DNA of 64,000 nt from Cladosporium halotolerans (taxonomy: Eukaryota), in assembly GCF_011745625.1 (NCBI RefSeq), contig NW_027191452.1:682001-746000 (forward strand). Direction: 5' to 3'. The notes under the pieces are model-generated. The model was not told the DNA's origin and did not search any database. It saw only the letters and a list, made by a program, of their open reading frames with translations. This document shows, in pieces, positions 47,357 through 59,096 of the stretch. The stretch's first letter is position 1. Every line of letters starts with the position of its first letter. The translations under genes and the position numbers were made by a program.

Positions 47357-48059
47357 GCTCCTCCAGCAGCTGCGCCGCTGAGCATTTCCAGACGAAGTGG
47401 GCAGGCCCTCACGGTCGTGGTAGCCACCGGGCGGGTTGTACAGGTTGCGGCGGTCCTCGATGCTGAAAGAGCCGCTGTGGAGGGGCTTGTACGATTCACC
47501 AGCTCCAGCCCCGAGGAGCGAGGTGCGGTACTGGCGTTTTGGTGAAGCTATTTTGGCGGTTGTGGGAAGGCCGCTCAAGGGCGACCAAGCGCGCGGTGAG
47601 AGAGTGGAAGGGCGTGATGGTGCGACAAGGCCAGCGAATGCTGCAGGCAAAGCGTGGGAAGTCGGGACGGGTCAGGCGCGGCCGGTGCGACAGGGCTGAA
47701 GGAGGGTTGGGGGCGGAGGCGCAAGTGGGCGGCGACGGGTGAGGATTGGCGGCGCGAGGCAGAGGCAGCGAATGAGCGTGGGGCGGAGGAGTGCTGCGGC
47801 GGTTGCGGGCACACGACAGGCGCGACGACGAGTCGTCTGGGAGCGAGGGTGGCAGTGGTGACAGTAGGTAGTGACAGCGGTGGAGGTGGTGGTGTGAAGG
47901 GCTGGAGAGCAGCGTGCGGCCTGGCCGGCGTGCGAGGTCGAGACTCGCGGCGTTTCACACCTGTCGGCCTAGGGCAGCTCGGGCAGGGTTGGCTCGTCAG
48001 CTGCGACTTGGCGGGGAAGCTGAAGGCCGCTCGGCCGCTGGGCAAAGTACCTGAGAGAG

Positions 48060-48192
48060 GAGGCCTGGCAACTCAGGCACGGAGGATGGGCAGACGCGGG
48101 TAGAGGCCTGGCAACTCAGGCACGCAGGGTGGCAGACGCAGGTGTCAGGGTCTGCTGGGTCTGCCGGGTCTGCCGGGTCTGCCGGGTCTGCC
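48060..48192. repeat. Two copies of a ~43-bp direct repeat followed by (GGGTCTGCY)x5
   Basis: GAGGCCTGGCAACTCAGGCACG at 48060 and 48103; 9-mer tandem at 48148-48192. Confidence 0.9.
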
Positions 48193-48923
48193 GCACTTCC
48201 GAGGCGCGTGAGCTGCGTGGGCTGCAGCTGGAGTGCAGCAGCGCGGCGGGAGATCGGAGGATGGCAGGACGGCGCTCGATTGCCCTCGATTGCGCTGAGA
48301 TCCAGGGGTGTGCGTGTCTTGGGAAAAGGTAAGTTGTGCCTGAGGTTGGTGTAAGGTCAGGTACGCAGGTGGCATTCCTGTTATTTTTGTAGCACTCGTC
48401 GTGCATGTCACCCGGCCAGCTCTGACACCGTATAGGACACGATCACTCGCCCTGCTGGCACCCGCTCGCCTGTCCCGTGCTCCGCCCCCCGACCTCCACC
48501 TTCTAATCGCACGCCGTCGCCCGTCGGCTGTCTTGCTGTCGCTCGCCCGTCTCCGTGTCTGGGCTGTGCTCTGCTCGCGTGCTGGCGTGCTGCACAGCGT
48601 GTCCACGCTAGCGCTTGCGAAAAAATCTCCCTCGTACGCGTGCAACACCGACTTCCGACACCTCTTCCTCTCCCACAACCATCCCCCGGCAGCTCCATCG
48701 TGCATGCTGGGGCCAGTCTCAAGGGTATGTGACCGTTACTTTCATTTCTTCCTTGTTGCTCTCCCCAACCACGTGATGACAGTAATCTAACAAGAGAACC
48801 GTTGCGAATGACCTTGCTTCGGCAGGCGGATGATCGCACATAGACCAATTTTCTGATCTATTCATCTCCCACAATTTTGTGCAGCTTGGCTCAACGAACA
48901 CCAGCTAACGCACAATCTAGTCA

Positions 48924-50656
48924 ATGTCGACCGTGTCTCAGAACGCTGTGCGCCGGCTACGGCCCTACCTCTTCCACGGCTTCAAGCAATCCCAACGCAT
49001 TGCTTGCGCGCGAACCTTCACGCGTTCTTCTGTAGTCTCGCAAGTAGAAGCTTCGAAAAATGTTATTACACATGACTACGAGAAGCGGCTGGCCCAGCTT
49101 GATGGCTACAAGCCGCGTGATGAATGGTACCCTCGCCTGGCTCTTCACTCCCACCCAGAGCGGATGCCGGTAGCGAGCTTCCAGCAAGAGTATGGCCGAC
49201 TGGGCAACGACGAGACGTGTGACGATACCCGGAGAATCACTGGTACGATGTTGCGTTGAATCCAAGCAAGCGCTGGTCGCTGATAGGCAAGGTAGGCAAA
49301 GTGCAGTCTGTTCGTTCCGCTGGCTCCAAGCTGGTGTTCCTTGATGTAAAAGACGGAGACCACACCCTGCAAGTTGTCGTGCAGCTGAAGCACGTTGAGG
49401 CATCTGGTAGCAGTGTCGCGGATCTGAAGACTCTGGCAAAGGTCGCGCGCAAGGGTGACTGGTTCTCTTCGGTTGGCCGACCTCATCGAACAGCGAGGGG
49501 CCAACTCTCACTTCTCGCTACCGAGCTGCCCGTTCTCATGTCGCCATCTTTGCACCAGATCCCCGAAACCCTGGACGACCCAGAGACACGCGCCCTTCAC
49601 CGCCATGTAGACATGCTGGCCAATCCTGCCGCCGTACAGACCCTCCGCGTGAGGCACATTGTCGAGCGAGCCATTCACGATTTCCTCGACTCCAAAGACT
49701 TCGTCAAAGTCAACACGCCCATCCTCCAGGCAGGTGCCGGCGGAGCCGTCGCACGACCCTTCGAGACCGAAGCCACCGAGATGGAAGGCCAGCCCCTCAA
49801 CCTCCGCATCGCCCCCGAACTTTGGCTGAAGCGTCTCATCGTCGGCGGGATGGACCGCGTGTACGAACTCGGCCCCGTCTTCCGCAACGAAGGCGTCGAC
49901 GCCACGCACAACCCAGAGTTCACCATCTGCGAGTTTTACGCCGCGCAAGCCTCCCTGACGGACCTCATGCGCTGGACCGAGTCCCTCCTCCGCCACATCC
50001 AGCGCGCCCTCGACCCCCACCTCGCCAACCTCACCGCCCTCACCTCCGAACCCCTCGCCCTCTCCTCCCCCTTCCAAACCCTCGAATTCATCCCCTCCCT
50101 CGAATCCGCCCTCTCCCGCCCCCTTCCCCCTCTCACCTCCCCAACCGCCCACTCCGACCTCCTCTCCCTCTTCAGCGCCCTCTCCCTCCCCCTCCCCTCC
50201 AAGCCCACCCTCCCCCGCCTCCTCGACGCCCTCGCAGCAACCTACCTCGAACCCCTCTGCACCAACCCCACCTTCATCACAAACCACCCCGCCGCCCTCT
50301 CCCCGCTCAGCAAACACTACACCTGCCCCTCCACAGGCCAGCTCATCTCCGCGCGCGCCGAGCTCTTCATCGCCAGCCGCGAGATCGCCAACATGTACGA
50401 GGAGGAGAACTCGCCGTTCGCGCAGCGGGCGAAGTTCGAGGCGCAGCTGGCGTTTCAGGCCGTGGATGGCGAGGGGGACGGCAGGAAGACGGTCGACGAG
50501 AGTTATTTGCAGGCGCTGGAGTGGGGCCTGCCGCCGACGGGGGGCTGGGGGTGTGGCGTTGATCGGTTGGTGATGTTGTTTTCGGGACGGGGGAGGTTGG
50601 GCGATGTGTTGGCTTTTGGGGGGTTGAGGAATGTTGTTGGGGTTGGGAGGAGGTGA
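48924..50656 (+). CDS. MSK1: Mitochondrial lysyl-tRNA synthetase (class II); intron 49243-49295
   Basis: R-rich presequence, OB anticodon domain (VRSAGSKLVFLDV), GGAVARPF, LRIAPELWLKRL, FRNEGVDATHNPEFT, GLPPTGGWGCGVDRLVM. Confidence 0.93.
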
Positions 50657-50999
50657 TGTTGGACGCGAGACGACGACTTTGTACGATACTTTTTCATTAC
50701 ATGTATGTATTAAAGCGAAGAAACTCGCGTTGTTAAGTCTCGTCTCCTTCACGTCAGTGTGGCTGAAGCTAGACGTGTGAATTCGATTCGATGGCTCCGG
50801 ATGGCAACGATCGTCTTCCAGAGTGTCCCTGTAGCTAATGCAAAACTCCCCTCGCTATGGCTCGAAGATCGTGCACGCGAGGACACCGTCGTCGTTCGTC
50901 CGGGCACATGGTGCGTCCATAGACAAGCGAGAAACGGCTAGGGACCGGAATGCGGAGAGGACCCGCCTCCGCACTGGACGCTCGGCTTCACATGTCAAC

Positions 51000-51005
51000 C
51001 CTCGG
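51000..51005 (+). promoter_or_regulatory. Candidate FarA/FarB fatty-acid response element CCTCGG upstream of PXA1
   Basis: Exact CCTCGG about 180 nt before the ATG of a peroxisomal fatty-acyl transporter. A hexamer can occur by chance. Confidence 0.45.
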
Positions 51006-51184
51006 TCACTCGAGGGCAGCTTAGCACATGTCACTGACGCTCACGCGTCTCTTCTGGCTGTAACGCCTCGCCCACACTCCATGTTACACGCCTCTACGAA
51101 TCGACATCAACATCCATGATACACCAGCGCATTCCACCGTAGCCACTGCGGCCCTCACTGCGGCCCCCACCTACATACACCAAG

Positions 51185-53721
51185 ATGGCCGCCCAATCCA
51201 CCCTGCGCAAGTCGCCCTCCGACCGCTTCTCAGAAACCTTCGACTACTTCTACAACCGCCTCGCCGCCCGCCTGGACAAGCTGCAACGCCGCGGCCCCCT
51301 CTCCTCCCGAACCGCCCGCCTCGTCGCGACCCTCGCGCTCTCCCTCGCGATCATCACAGCCAGCTACGGCGGCTACAAGACGTACAGCCGGCGCAAAGCC
51401 GACCGCGAGACCGGAAGGCGCCTGGTGAGGCGCAACAGCGGCCTGCGGGGCAAGGACGGCAGCCGCACGATCTTCGTGCCGTACAAGGACTCCACGAGCC
51501 GCGTGACGATCTTCCCGACGAAGAAGACGACCTTCGACGCGCACCGCCGGCTCTTCCTCGCCTCCTCCGGACAGGCGGGCGACAAGTATGACCCGGCGAC
51601 GATGGGCCCGCCGCCGACGGGCATCAAGCCCGGGCTGAACGTCGCGTTCCTGCACCAGTTTCTGAGCCTGATGAATGTCATGGTGCCGCGGTGGAGGTCG
51701 AAGGAGGCCGGGCTGCTGACGACGCATGCGGTGTTTCTGCTCGCGAGGACGTATCTGTCGCTGGTGGTTGCGAGGTTGGACGGAGAGATTGTGCGGGATC
51801 TTGTCGCTGGGAAGGGGAAGGCGTTTCTTCTGGGCATCTGCAAGTGGCTTGCCATCGGGTCTGTGAGCTCTTACACCAACAGCATGATCAAGTTTCTGCA
51901 GTCGAAGATCAGCATCGCGTTCCGGACGCGGCTGACGCGGTACGTGCATGATCTGTACCTGGGCCATGATCTGGCGTATTACAAGTTGCACAATCTGGAT
52001 GGCGGAATCGGACAGGGAGCGGACCAGTTCATCACCCAAGATTTGACGCTGTTCTGTGACAGCGCTGCTTCGTTGTACAGTTCGTTGGGGAAACCTCTGG
52101 TGGACATATTCACTTTCAACTTCCAGCTTTACCACTCGCTCGGACCGTTTGCCTTGACTGGACTTCTGGCCACTTACTTCGGAACTGCGACGCTGCTACG
52201 GAAACTCAGCCCGCCTTTCGGAAAGCTAAAAGCGATGGAAGGCCGGAAAGAGGGCGACTTTCGGGCTCTCCACGCACGTTTGATTGCCAACGCGGAAGAA
52301 GTCGCTTTCTACAACGGAGGCGCGACAGAGCACGTTCTGCTCGACAAAAGCTTCAAGGAGTTGAAGACCTGGGTCGAGAACATCTACAAGATCCGCGTGG
52401 GCTACAACATCTTGGAGGACTTCCTGCTCAAGTACAGCTGGTCTGCCTTCGGCTACATCATCACGTCTCTGCCGGTCTTCCTCCCCGTGATCGGGGAATT
52501 GACTCCAGCGCCAAGGTCTCAATCCTCGCCCGAGCCCGCAGTTGAGGTTGGCAGCCGGAGCAAGAGTCAGAATCAGAGCGACGGCCGAATGAAGCAGTTC
52601 ATCACGAACAAGAGACTCATGCTCAACCTCGCCGACGCGGGAAGCCGTATGATGTACAGCATCAAGGACCTGTCGGAACTGGCCGGGTACACCAGCCGTG
52701 TGTACACCCTGATCAGCACTCTGCACCGGGTGCACGCCAAGGCATATGCGGCGCCCAGGTATCAGCACGCTGAGCTCTACAGCCTTGCCAGCATCGAGGG
52801 GACCCTGCACCGCGGCTTCGATGGGGTTCGCTTGGAGGACGTCCCTGTCGTCGCCCCGGCGTTGTATCCCATGGGTGGCGAGGAGCTGATTGAGAATATC
52901 TCGTTCATAGTGGGTCCGGGCGACCACCTCCTCATCACTGGGCCCAACGGCGCTGGTAAGTCTGCGGTGGCGAGGATCGTTGCAGGCCTGTGGCCGACGT
53001 ACCGCGGCCTCACCTCTCGGCCCCGCCAAAACGGGCAGGACGGGATCATGTTCCTCCCCCAGCGGCCGTACCTGAGCCCCGGGACTTTACGGGACCAGGT
53101 CATCTACCCGCACACGGAAATGGACATGCGCGACGCCGGACGGCGAGAAAGCGAACTGCAGAGCATCCTCGAGCAGGCCAAGCTCGGATATCTAACTGAT
53201 AGAGAAGGCGGCTGGGATACCCGGAAGGAGTGGAAAGACGTGCTGAGCGGCGGCGAGAAGCAGCGCATGGGCATCGCGCGCCTGCTGTACCACGAGCCTC
53301 GCTTCGCCTTCATCGACGAGGGCACCAGCGCCGTGAGCTCAGACGTCGAGGGCCTGCTCTACGAGCGGGCCAAAGGCAAAGGAATCAGTAAGTCTAGTCT
53401 TTCTCGTCCCATCCGGTCCCCACACCGCGCGCAGTGCTCGGCGCCCAGCTAACAACGCGCCGCACAGCTCTAATCACAATCTCCACCCGCGCCTCGCTCA
53501 AGCGCTACCACTCGTACACGCTGACGCTGGGCTTGGGCGAGGACGCCAACGAGTACGAGTTCCTGCGGGTTGGGACGGCGAGCGAGAAGGACAGCGTGGA
53601 GAAGGAGTTGCAGGAGCTCCGGGAGTGCTTGGCGCAGGTTGACTCGTGGAAGGCGAGGAGGCAGGAGATTGAGGAGGAGCTGGGGGAGGTGTGGGTGAGG
53701 ACGGGAGAAAGCGGAGCATGA
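51185..53721 (+). CDS. PXA1: Peroxisomal ABCD half-transporter Pxa1; intron 53388-53467
   Basis: RTYLSLVVARLDGEIVRDLV, EAA-like NAEEVAFY, Walker A GPNGAGKS, LSGGEKQR, FIDEGTSAVS. Confidence 0.93.
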
Positions 53722-54686
53722 GAGTTGTGGGACGCCCGACGGCGTGTATGGGGTTTTCTGGAGAGGCGATCCGGCTAGTTTGGGGTGCGTGAAGGGCTAA
53801 TTATTGCACGGACTGACCGAGGGCGGGAGATCCATAGCCGTACTTTTTTACTATCCGTCTCGCGTATGCAGTCACACGTGCCCGTCGAGGTGAAGACCGG
53901 TTTTGTTGTCTGAGAACGTAAGCAGACCTCACCGTGATATCCGGACTCAGTAACCGGCTTGCGCGCAATTGGCGCCGGGAAACAAGACAGACAAGACAGC
54001 GCCACCAAGCACCTTGAACACGCCACTCCGAGAGCCTCATCGTTGTGTCACCAAGCCTCGCGCGGCACATGACGAACCGCTCTTCGCTCGTCCAGAACTC
54101 CGGTCAAGTCACACGCGCCGCTACGTCAACGCCCAGCGCCGTTTGATTCATTCGCGACCCGGGATTCTCCAGCTGCCAGGCAAACAAACGCGGTGTCTCA
54201 CCGCCGGCGGAGGCAGCCACAGTGGGCCATCGCCCTTCTCGCATCCCGTATGTCACCGTAGCCCACGCCTCCACAAAGCCTCTCCGCGCCCCTTGGAACT
54301 GCCGTTCTCGTCTCGTGCCCGCCAAGCGCCCAAGGAACTCGCGTGGCCCCGTAGCGCAGCATCTCCTCAGCCGGATCAGGCCTGGGCGAAGACAGCCCGG
54401 GTGGGAGAGAGGTTATATTTCATATCCTGGCGCACCAGGCGCGCTGGGAAGGCACGGAGGACGGCGGACCCGCGCACGCCGCCAAACTTAAGCGACGCTA
54501 AGGTCTCCAAGCACGCTTGGGGCATGCTTGCCCCAGTCGCCGACCCGCCTTAGCGCACTGGCACGCCCCAATGCAACCCGCACGCAGGTCGGATAGCCTT
54601 CGCCGCATGCGCGCATCGGGTAATGACCGGCGGCCGGAGAGCAGGCGCTAGGTGGGCGTTAGCCGGCGTTTGCAACTCAACTCGCT

Positions 54687-55017
54687 GTGGGGCGGACGAT
54701 GTCCGGTGCTTTGAGATCGCGCGCGCCGTTTGACCCAATGATCTCCAGCCCACGCGAGGTTTTCGTGCGTGCGTGAGCCCGGGCACTGGAGAAAACCGGA
54801 CTACTCCGCGGGGTGCGCCCACATAGTCTGGAGGTCTGGGGGAGAAACCGTGGCCGCACGGCCCATCCTTTGAAGTTTCGTCTTCAAATGCAATCCCGAG
54901 AGGAGTGGTGTGTTGGAGCAGTGCCCGAAGGGAGGGGGCCAGCCTGGGCGTGCCAGGTGACGCCCGGTCAAGACATTATGGATCCGTATTGCATTGGCGG
55001 GTGGCACGTTATATAAG
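54687..55017 (+). promoter_or_regulatory. Cluster of CreA/Cre1 SYGGRG sites and TATA box of the MFS transporter
   Basis: GTGGGG 54687, CTGGAG 54786, GCGGGG 54808, CTGGAG 54828, CTGGGG 54836; TATATAAG at 55010. Confidence 0.55.
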
Positions 55018-55183
55018 TTTCTCGTGTAACCCTCGTTCTCCATGTCTCTGTCCCCCAGAAACGCCGATTGTCCCACTTTGATCTTTTGAGCAGCGCGTTG
55101 AGCCGTGTTGTCGACCTCATTGCTGCATAGGGAAGACCCGCCCTCGTTTATTCATTCGGTGATCCTCACACCTCGTCGTCGCC

Positions 55184-56979
55184 ATGGCTGGTGGTGCGGC
55201 CCTCAACATCTTCCGCATGGGCAAGAGCGGTTTGCCCAAGCAAGTCCTGAACCGTCATCTCTGGCTTGCCGTCCTTACCTTCGGTCTCATGGGCGCTGCT
55301 CGTGGTGTCGATGAAGGCCTGATTACCGGTATCTTCAACACCGATGTGTTCAAGCGCAGCCTCGGGCTTGACGAGCTCGATTCTGGCGCCCTTGCTGGTG
55401 TCAAGGGCAACGTCTCGTCCATGGTCCAGCTTGGCTCTATTCCTGGTGCTCTCCTCGCTTTCTTCGCCTGCGATTGGTTTGGTCGTGTCTGGGCTACTCG
55501 TCAGCTTTGCGTCGTCTGGCTCATCGGCATCGCCATCTTCATGGGCAACAACGGTCACATGGAGCTTGTGTACTTCGGCCGCTTCCTCGCTGGTATCGGA
55601 ATTGGCGAGACCGTCGTCGTCGGTCCGGTGTACTTGAGTGAAATCTCCCCTGCGCCGATTCGTGGTCTGTGCACCTGCGCCTTCACAGGGTCTGTTTACC
55701 TTGGAATCCTGATCGCGTACTTCGCCAACTACGGCACCCAGATCAACGACTCGATCTCCGACACGCCCACGCGATGGCTCCTGCCGACGTCTGTGCATCT
55801 CATGTTCGGCGTCGTTATTCTCTTCGCTTCCCTGTTCGCCATCGAGTCGCCCAGATACCTCGTCCGCGCCGGCAAGCGCGACCAGGCCCTCGCCAACCTG
55901 GCCAAGCTCCGCGGCATGGAGCCTTCTGATCCCTACGTTGCTGAGGAGTTCGCTGGCATCGAATACTCCTTCCAGGAAGAGCAAGAGGCGACATCCGGCA
56001 TGGGTTGGAAAGGCATGTGCCGCGAAATCTTCTGCATCAAGCGCAACTCCTACCGCCTGTTTCTCACCAACCTCGCTCAGCTTCTGGCTTGCTGGTCCGG
56101 CGGATCCTCTATCACTGTCTACGCAGCGGACCTGTTCAAGATCGTCGGCATCACCGGTCAGGAGGCGTCACTGCTGTCGACCGCGATCTTCGGCGTGGTC
56201 AAGTTCGTCGCCGCGGTCGTTTGCGCGCTCTTCCTGGTGGACACTCTGGGCCGCAAACGCTCCCTCATCATCGGCATCGCGCTCCAGACAATCGCTATGT
56301 TCTACGTCGCCATATTCCTGAACATTGTCCCCATTGCCAAGGACGAGGACTACACACCTTCCGCGTCGGAGTCGAAGGCCTCCACGGGCGCAATTGCCAT
56401 GATATATCTCTCTGGCGTGGGCTGGGCCCTCGGCTGGAACTCGGGCCAGTATCTGCTTAGTTCAGAGCTTTTCCCACTGCGTATTCGTGCTGTATGCTCG
56501 TCGATAACGATGGGAAGTATGTTGATTCCCAGCCCTCAAACGAAGCGACTTAGAACGTTTCGGAGCAAGCGCGCGAAAGCGCGGACGCCCCGGATTTCGG
56601 GGCTTCCCGCCGCGCTCCCGGCGTCTCTCAACCAATGATCTCACGCTAACGCTCTCGAATAGTGCACTTCATCGGCCAGTACACCACCAACAAAGCCCTC
56701 CCGAACATGCTCCTCATCGAAGACGGCCTCACCCCCTCAGGCACATTCTACTTCTTCGGCGTCATTAGCATCATCGGCGCCGTTTGGGTCTGGCTCTGCA
56801 TCCCCGAAGCCGCCGGCCGCAGCCTCGAGAGCGTCGACAAGCTCTTCGACCTGCCCTGGTACAAGATCGGCCTGCACGGCCGCAAGGTCGCCGAGGCGTA
56901 CGACCGCGAGGTGGAGAATCTGCGCGCCCAGGAGAAGCTCGAGAAGGAGCCCGAGGTCAGCTACAGGGAGGCTGCTTAG
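55184..56979 (+). CDS. MFS sugar porter, quinate-permease-like; intron 56517-56662
   Basis: ARGVDEGLI, GRFLAGIGIG, PVYLSEISPAPIRG, IESPRYL, VDTLGRK, SELFPLRIR, ITMG|MHFIGQY, IPEAAGRSLESVDKLF. Confidence 0.92.
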
Positions 56980-57682
56980 ATGTTATGACCAAGGGTGCTG
57001 CGACACGATATATACGACGATACTTTGCTCTGACGATGATGGCTGCGCGGAGCCGCAGTCATCGAGCAATGAATATAAAGATACTTCTCTCGTTCATCCT
57101 GCGCCCTGCAAGCTATCAATGTTTCACTTGAAGAGCACCAAACGGTCTCCTGCACGCATTATCGCAAGGCCATTGGTCTTTTTGGTCTTGCTCACAACCC
57201 GCAACGAATAGCGCATGCGCTGTTGCAAGCTTGCTGACGTCCACATGATATAAAGTAACGTGAACATGATATTACAGTATCCCCAGACCTTAAAACTCGT
57301 GGTTATGTCACTCTTTCTGAGACGCCTTCGGAATCTCCTGGGCGTTGAATTGATACGATCTCATCATACCACAGTCACCGGATGCCTGTCTCGGTTGGCA
57401 ACAGCAACTGACAATCGACTGATCTCGATTCGTCGTACCCTTTCAACCAATCCTCCATCACTCTGTGGATTGTCAGGACGAAATCCCGAAGACGAGATGT
57501 TAGCGTCATACTCTAGCACTGTCGCGACATCACGTTCATGCCTGACGAATGCTTTGGACGGATATTCTGAAGCTGAGTGTCTTATTTTCATTTCCTTCGT
57601 TCTCCCCTACAACAATGTTGATGCTACAGTACAATAGGAGAGGAAAGCGCCCATTTCTGTCCACTTCGCCGGGTCTATTGCA

Positions 57683-59096
57683 TCACGAAACCCACGGTTT
57701 CCAGCTATTCGACCAAGCATCTCCGCCAATGATGATGGAGAAAGCGCCGTTCACCACGGCCTGCGCAACCAACATTTTGATGCACAGGACCACTATCCTT
57801 CGAAACTCACTCCAAGACACTGACTGCCACGCCTCGCGGAAGCTCAGAGTGCCTCGAGGTTCGGCAAGTAATCCCGGCTTGAGACCGTTGGTCCCATTGG
57901 AGTTGAACGACCGATCGAACGGGATGATGGTCTCTTCTTCTTCAGGGAGCATGGACGCTTGGATCCGCGTGAGAGCCATGTCCAGCGGAACGCAGACGGT
58001 AAAGCTGATGCTTCTGGTCACAAGCCAGATGAGCGTCCTGATGACGTGCTCTGATGTGATGCCCGCTCTGAGCGCCCCGGGCTCGCTGTTGTTTAGATCA
58101 AAAGGATGCTTGAGTAGTGCGGGCACTGCTGCCAAGATCACGCTTTGCACGAGACCGTGCAGGGCGATTGGTCGCCATGTTGCGCGAAGCGTGGGGAGGA
58201 AAGGCGGCAGGCGTCGGTACCAGATTCGCAGCGTCGGCTGGGTGATTACGATGTGCACCCACGCAGTAGACCAGGATATCAAGCACACTTTGACGACGAA
58301 GTCACCCAGACCAAACATCAGAATGGTTTTGAAGAGACCGATCAGGGTTTGCGGGGCTTCGAAAGCTTCTTGTCTGGCAGGCGTCGGGAAACTGTAGAAA
58401 AGGCCGATCGGGAGGGCGACGAACATCATGGCGAACCACTGACAAAACTTGCACGCCAAGCCACGGAACGGTCCCAGCACTCCCCCGACCCTATACAAAT
58501 GGCGGACTGTAGTGCGGATACTGGAGGTGATCTGGCGCTCTTGTTTCACCGGTGGCTGAGATTCATCGCCGTCATCCTTTTTCGACGTCCACGGGGCCTG
58601 GGCAGGCATGACGACTTGTGGTGCTTCCAGCACGGCCAGCGTATATATCAAGCTCCAGAAAGAGTAACTGACCTAGCATGAATGTCAGTACCATCCCAAC
58701 GACGACTTTGCGGCCTTCTCGGTCCGAATCGAAACGAGTAAAGACCCAGGAGCGGCCTCGGCAGAGCTGGCTGGAGATGATGAAGTGACTTACAGCCAAA
58801 TCGGTCATGTAATGTGCCATGCTCGTAAAGAAACGGAGCACGCTGAACAACGAAGGGAGATTTCTCAGATGGGTCCAGTCATCGATGAGTTGATCGAGGT
58901 CGATGGGCGCTTCTGTATCATCCGTCATAGTATCGGTGGCATTCTAGGAGCACATATCAGCCAATTGGTCTCTGCTGGTAATCCGCAGCAGGCGATATCA
59001 TACCATGACAGTCTCAGAGGACAACACCTTGGAATCACCAGGAACCAGTGTCTCGCTGGGGAGCTCAACCGCGGGGACATCCTGCTGTGCATCCAT
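57683..59096 (-). CDS. Conserved fungal multi-pass membrane protein of unknown function; introns 58944-59003 and 58673-58793
   Basis: Exons MDAQQDVP..ETVM|NATDTMTD..TDLA|VSYSFWSLIYTLAVLE; motifs ITSSIRTTVRHL..GPFRG, WVHIVI and LTRIQASMLPEEEETIIPFDRSF. Confidence 0.8.

Noticed and set aside
48060..48192. Direct repeats as a CRISPR-like array
   Set aside because: Only two copies, the sequence between them is also duplicated, the context is eukaryotic and there are no cas genes.
15622..50656. KamA plus a LysRS-like gene as a fungal EpmB/EpmA (EF-P beta-lysylation) system
   Set aside because: The genes are ~32 kb apart with many unrelated genes between them. The synthetase keeps its OB anticodon domain and presequence, so it is ordinary mitochondrial LysRS (EpmA lacks that domain). 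No EF-P gene is present.
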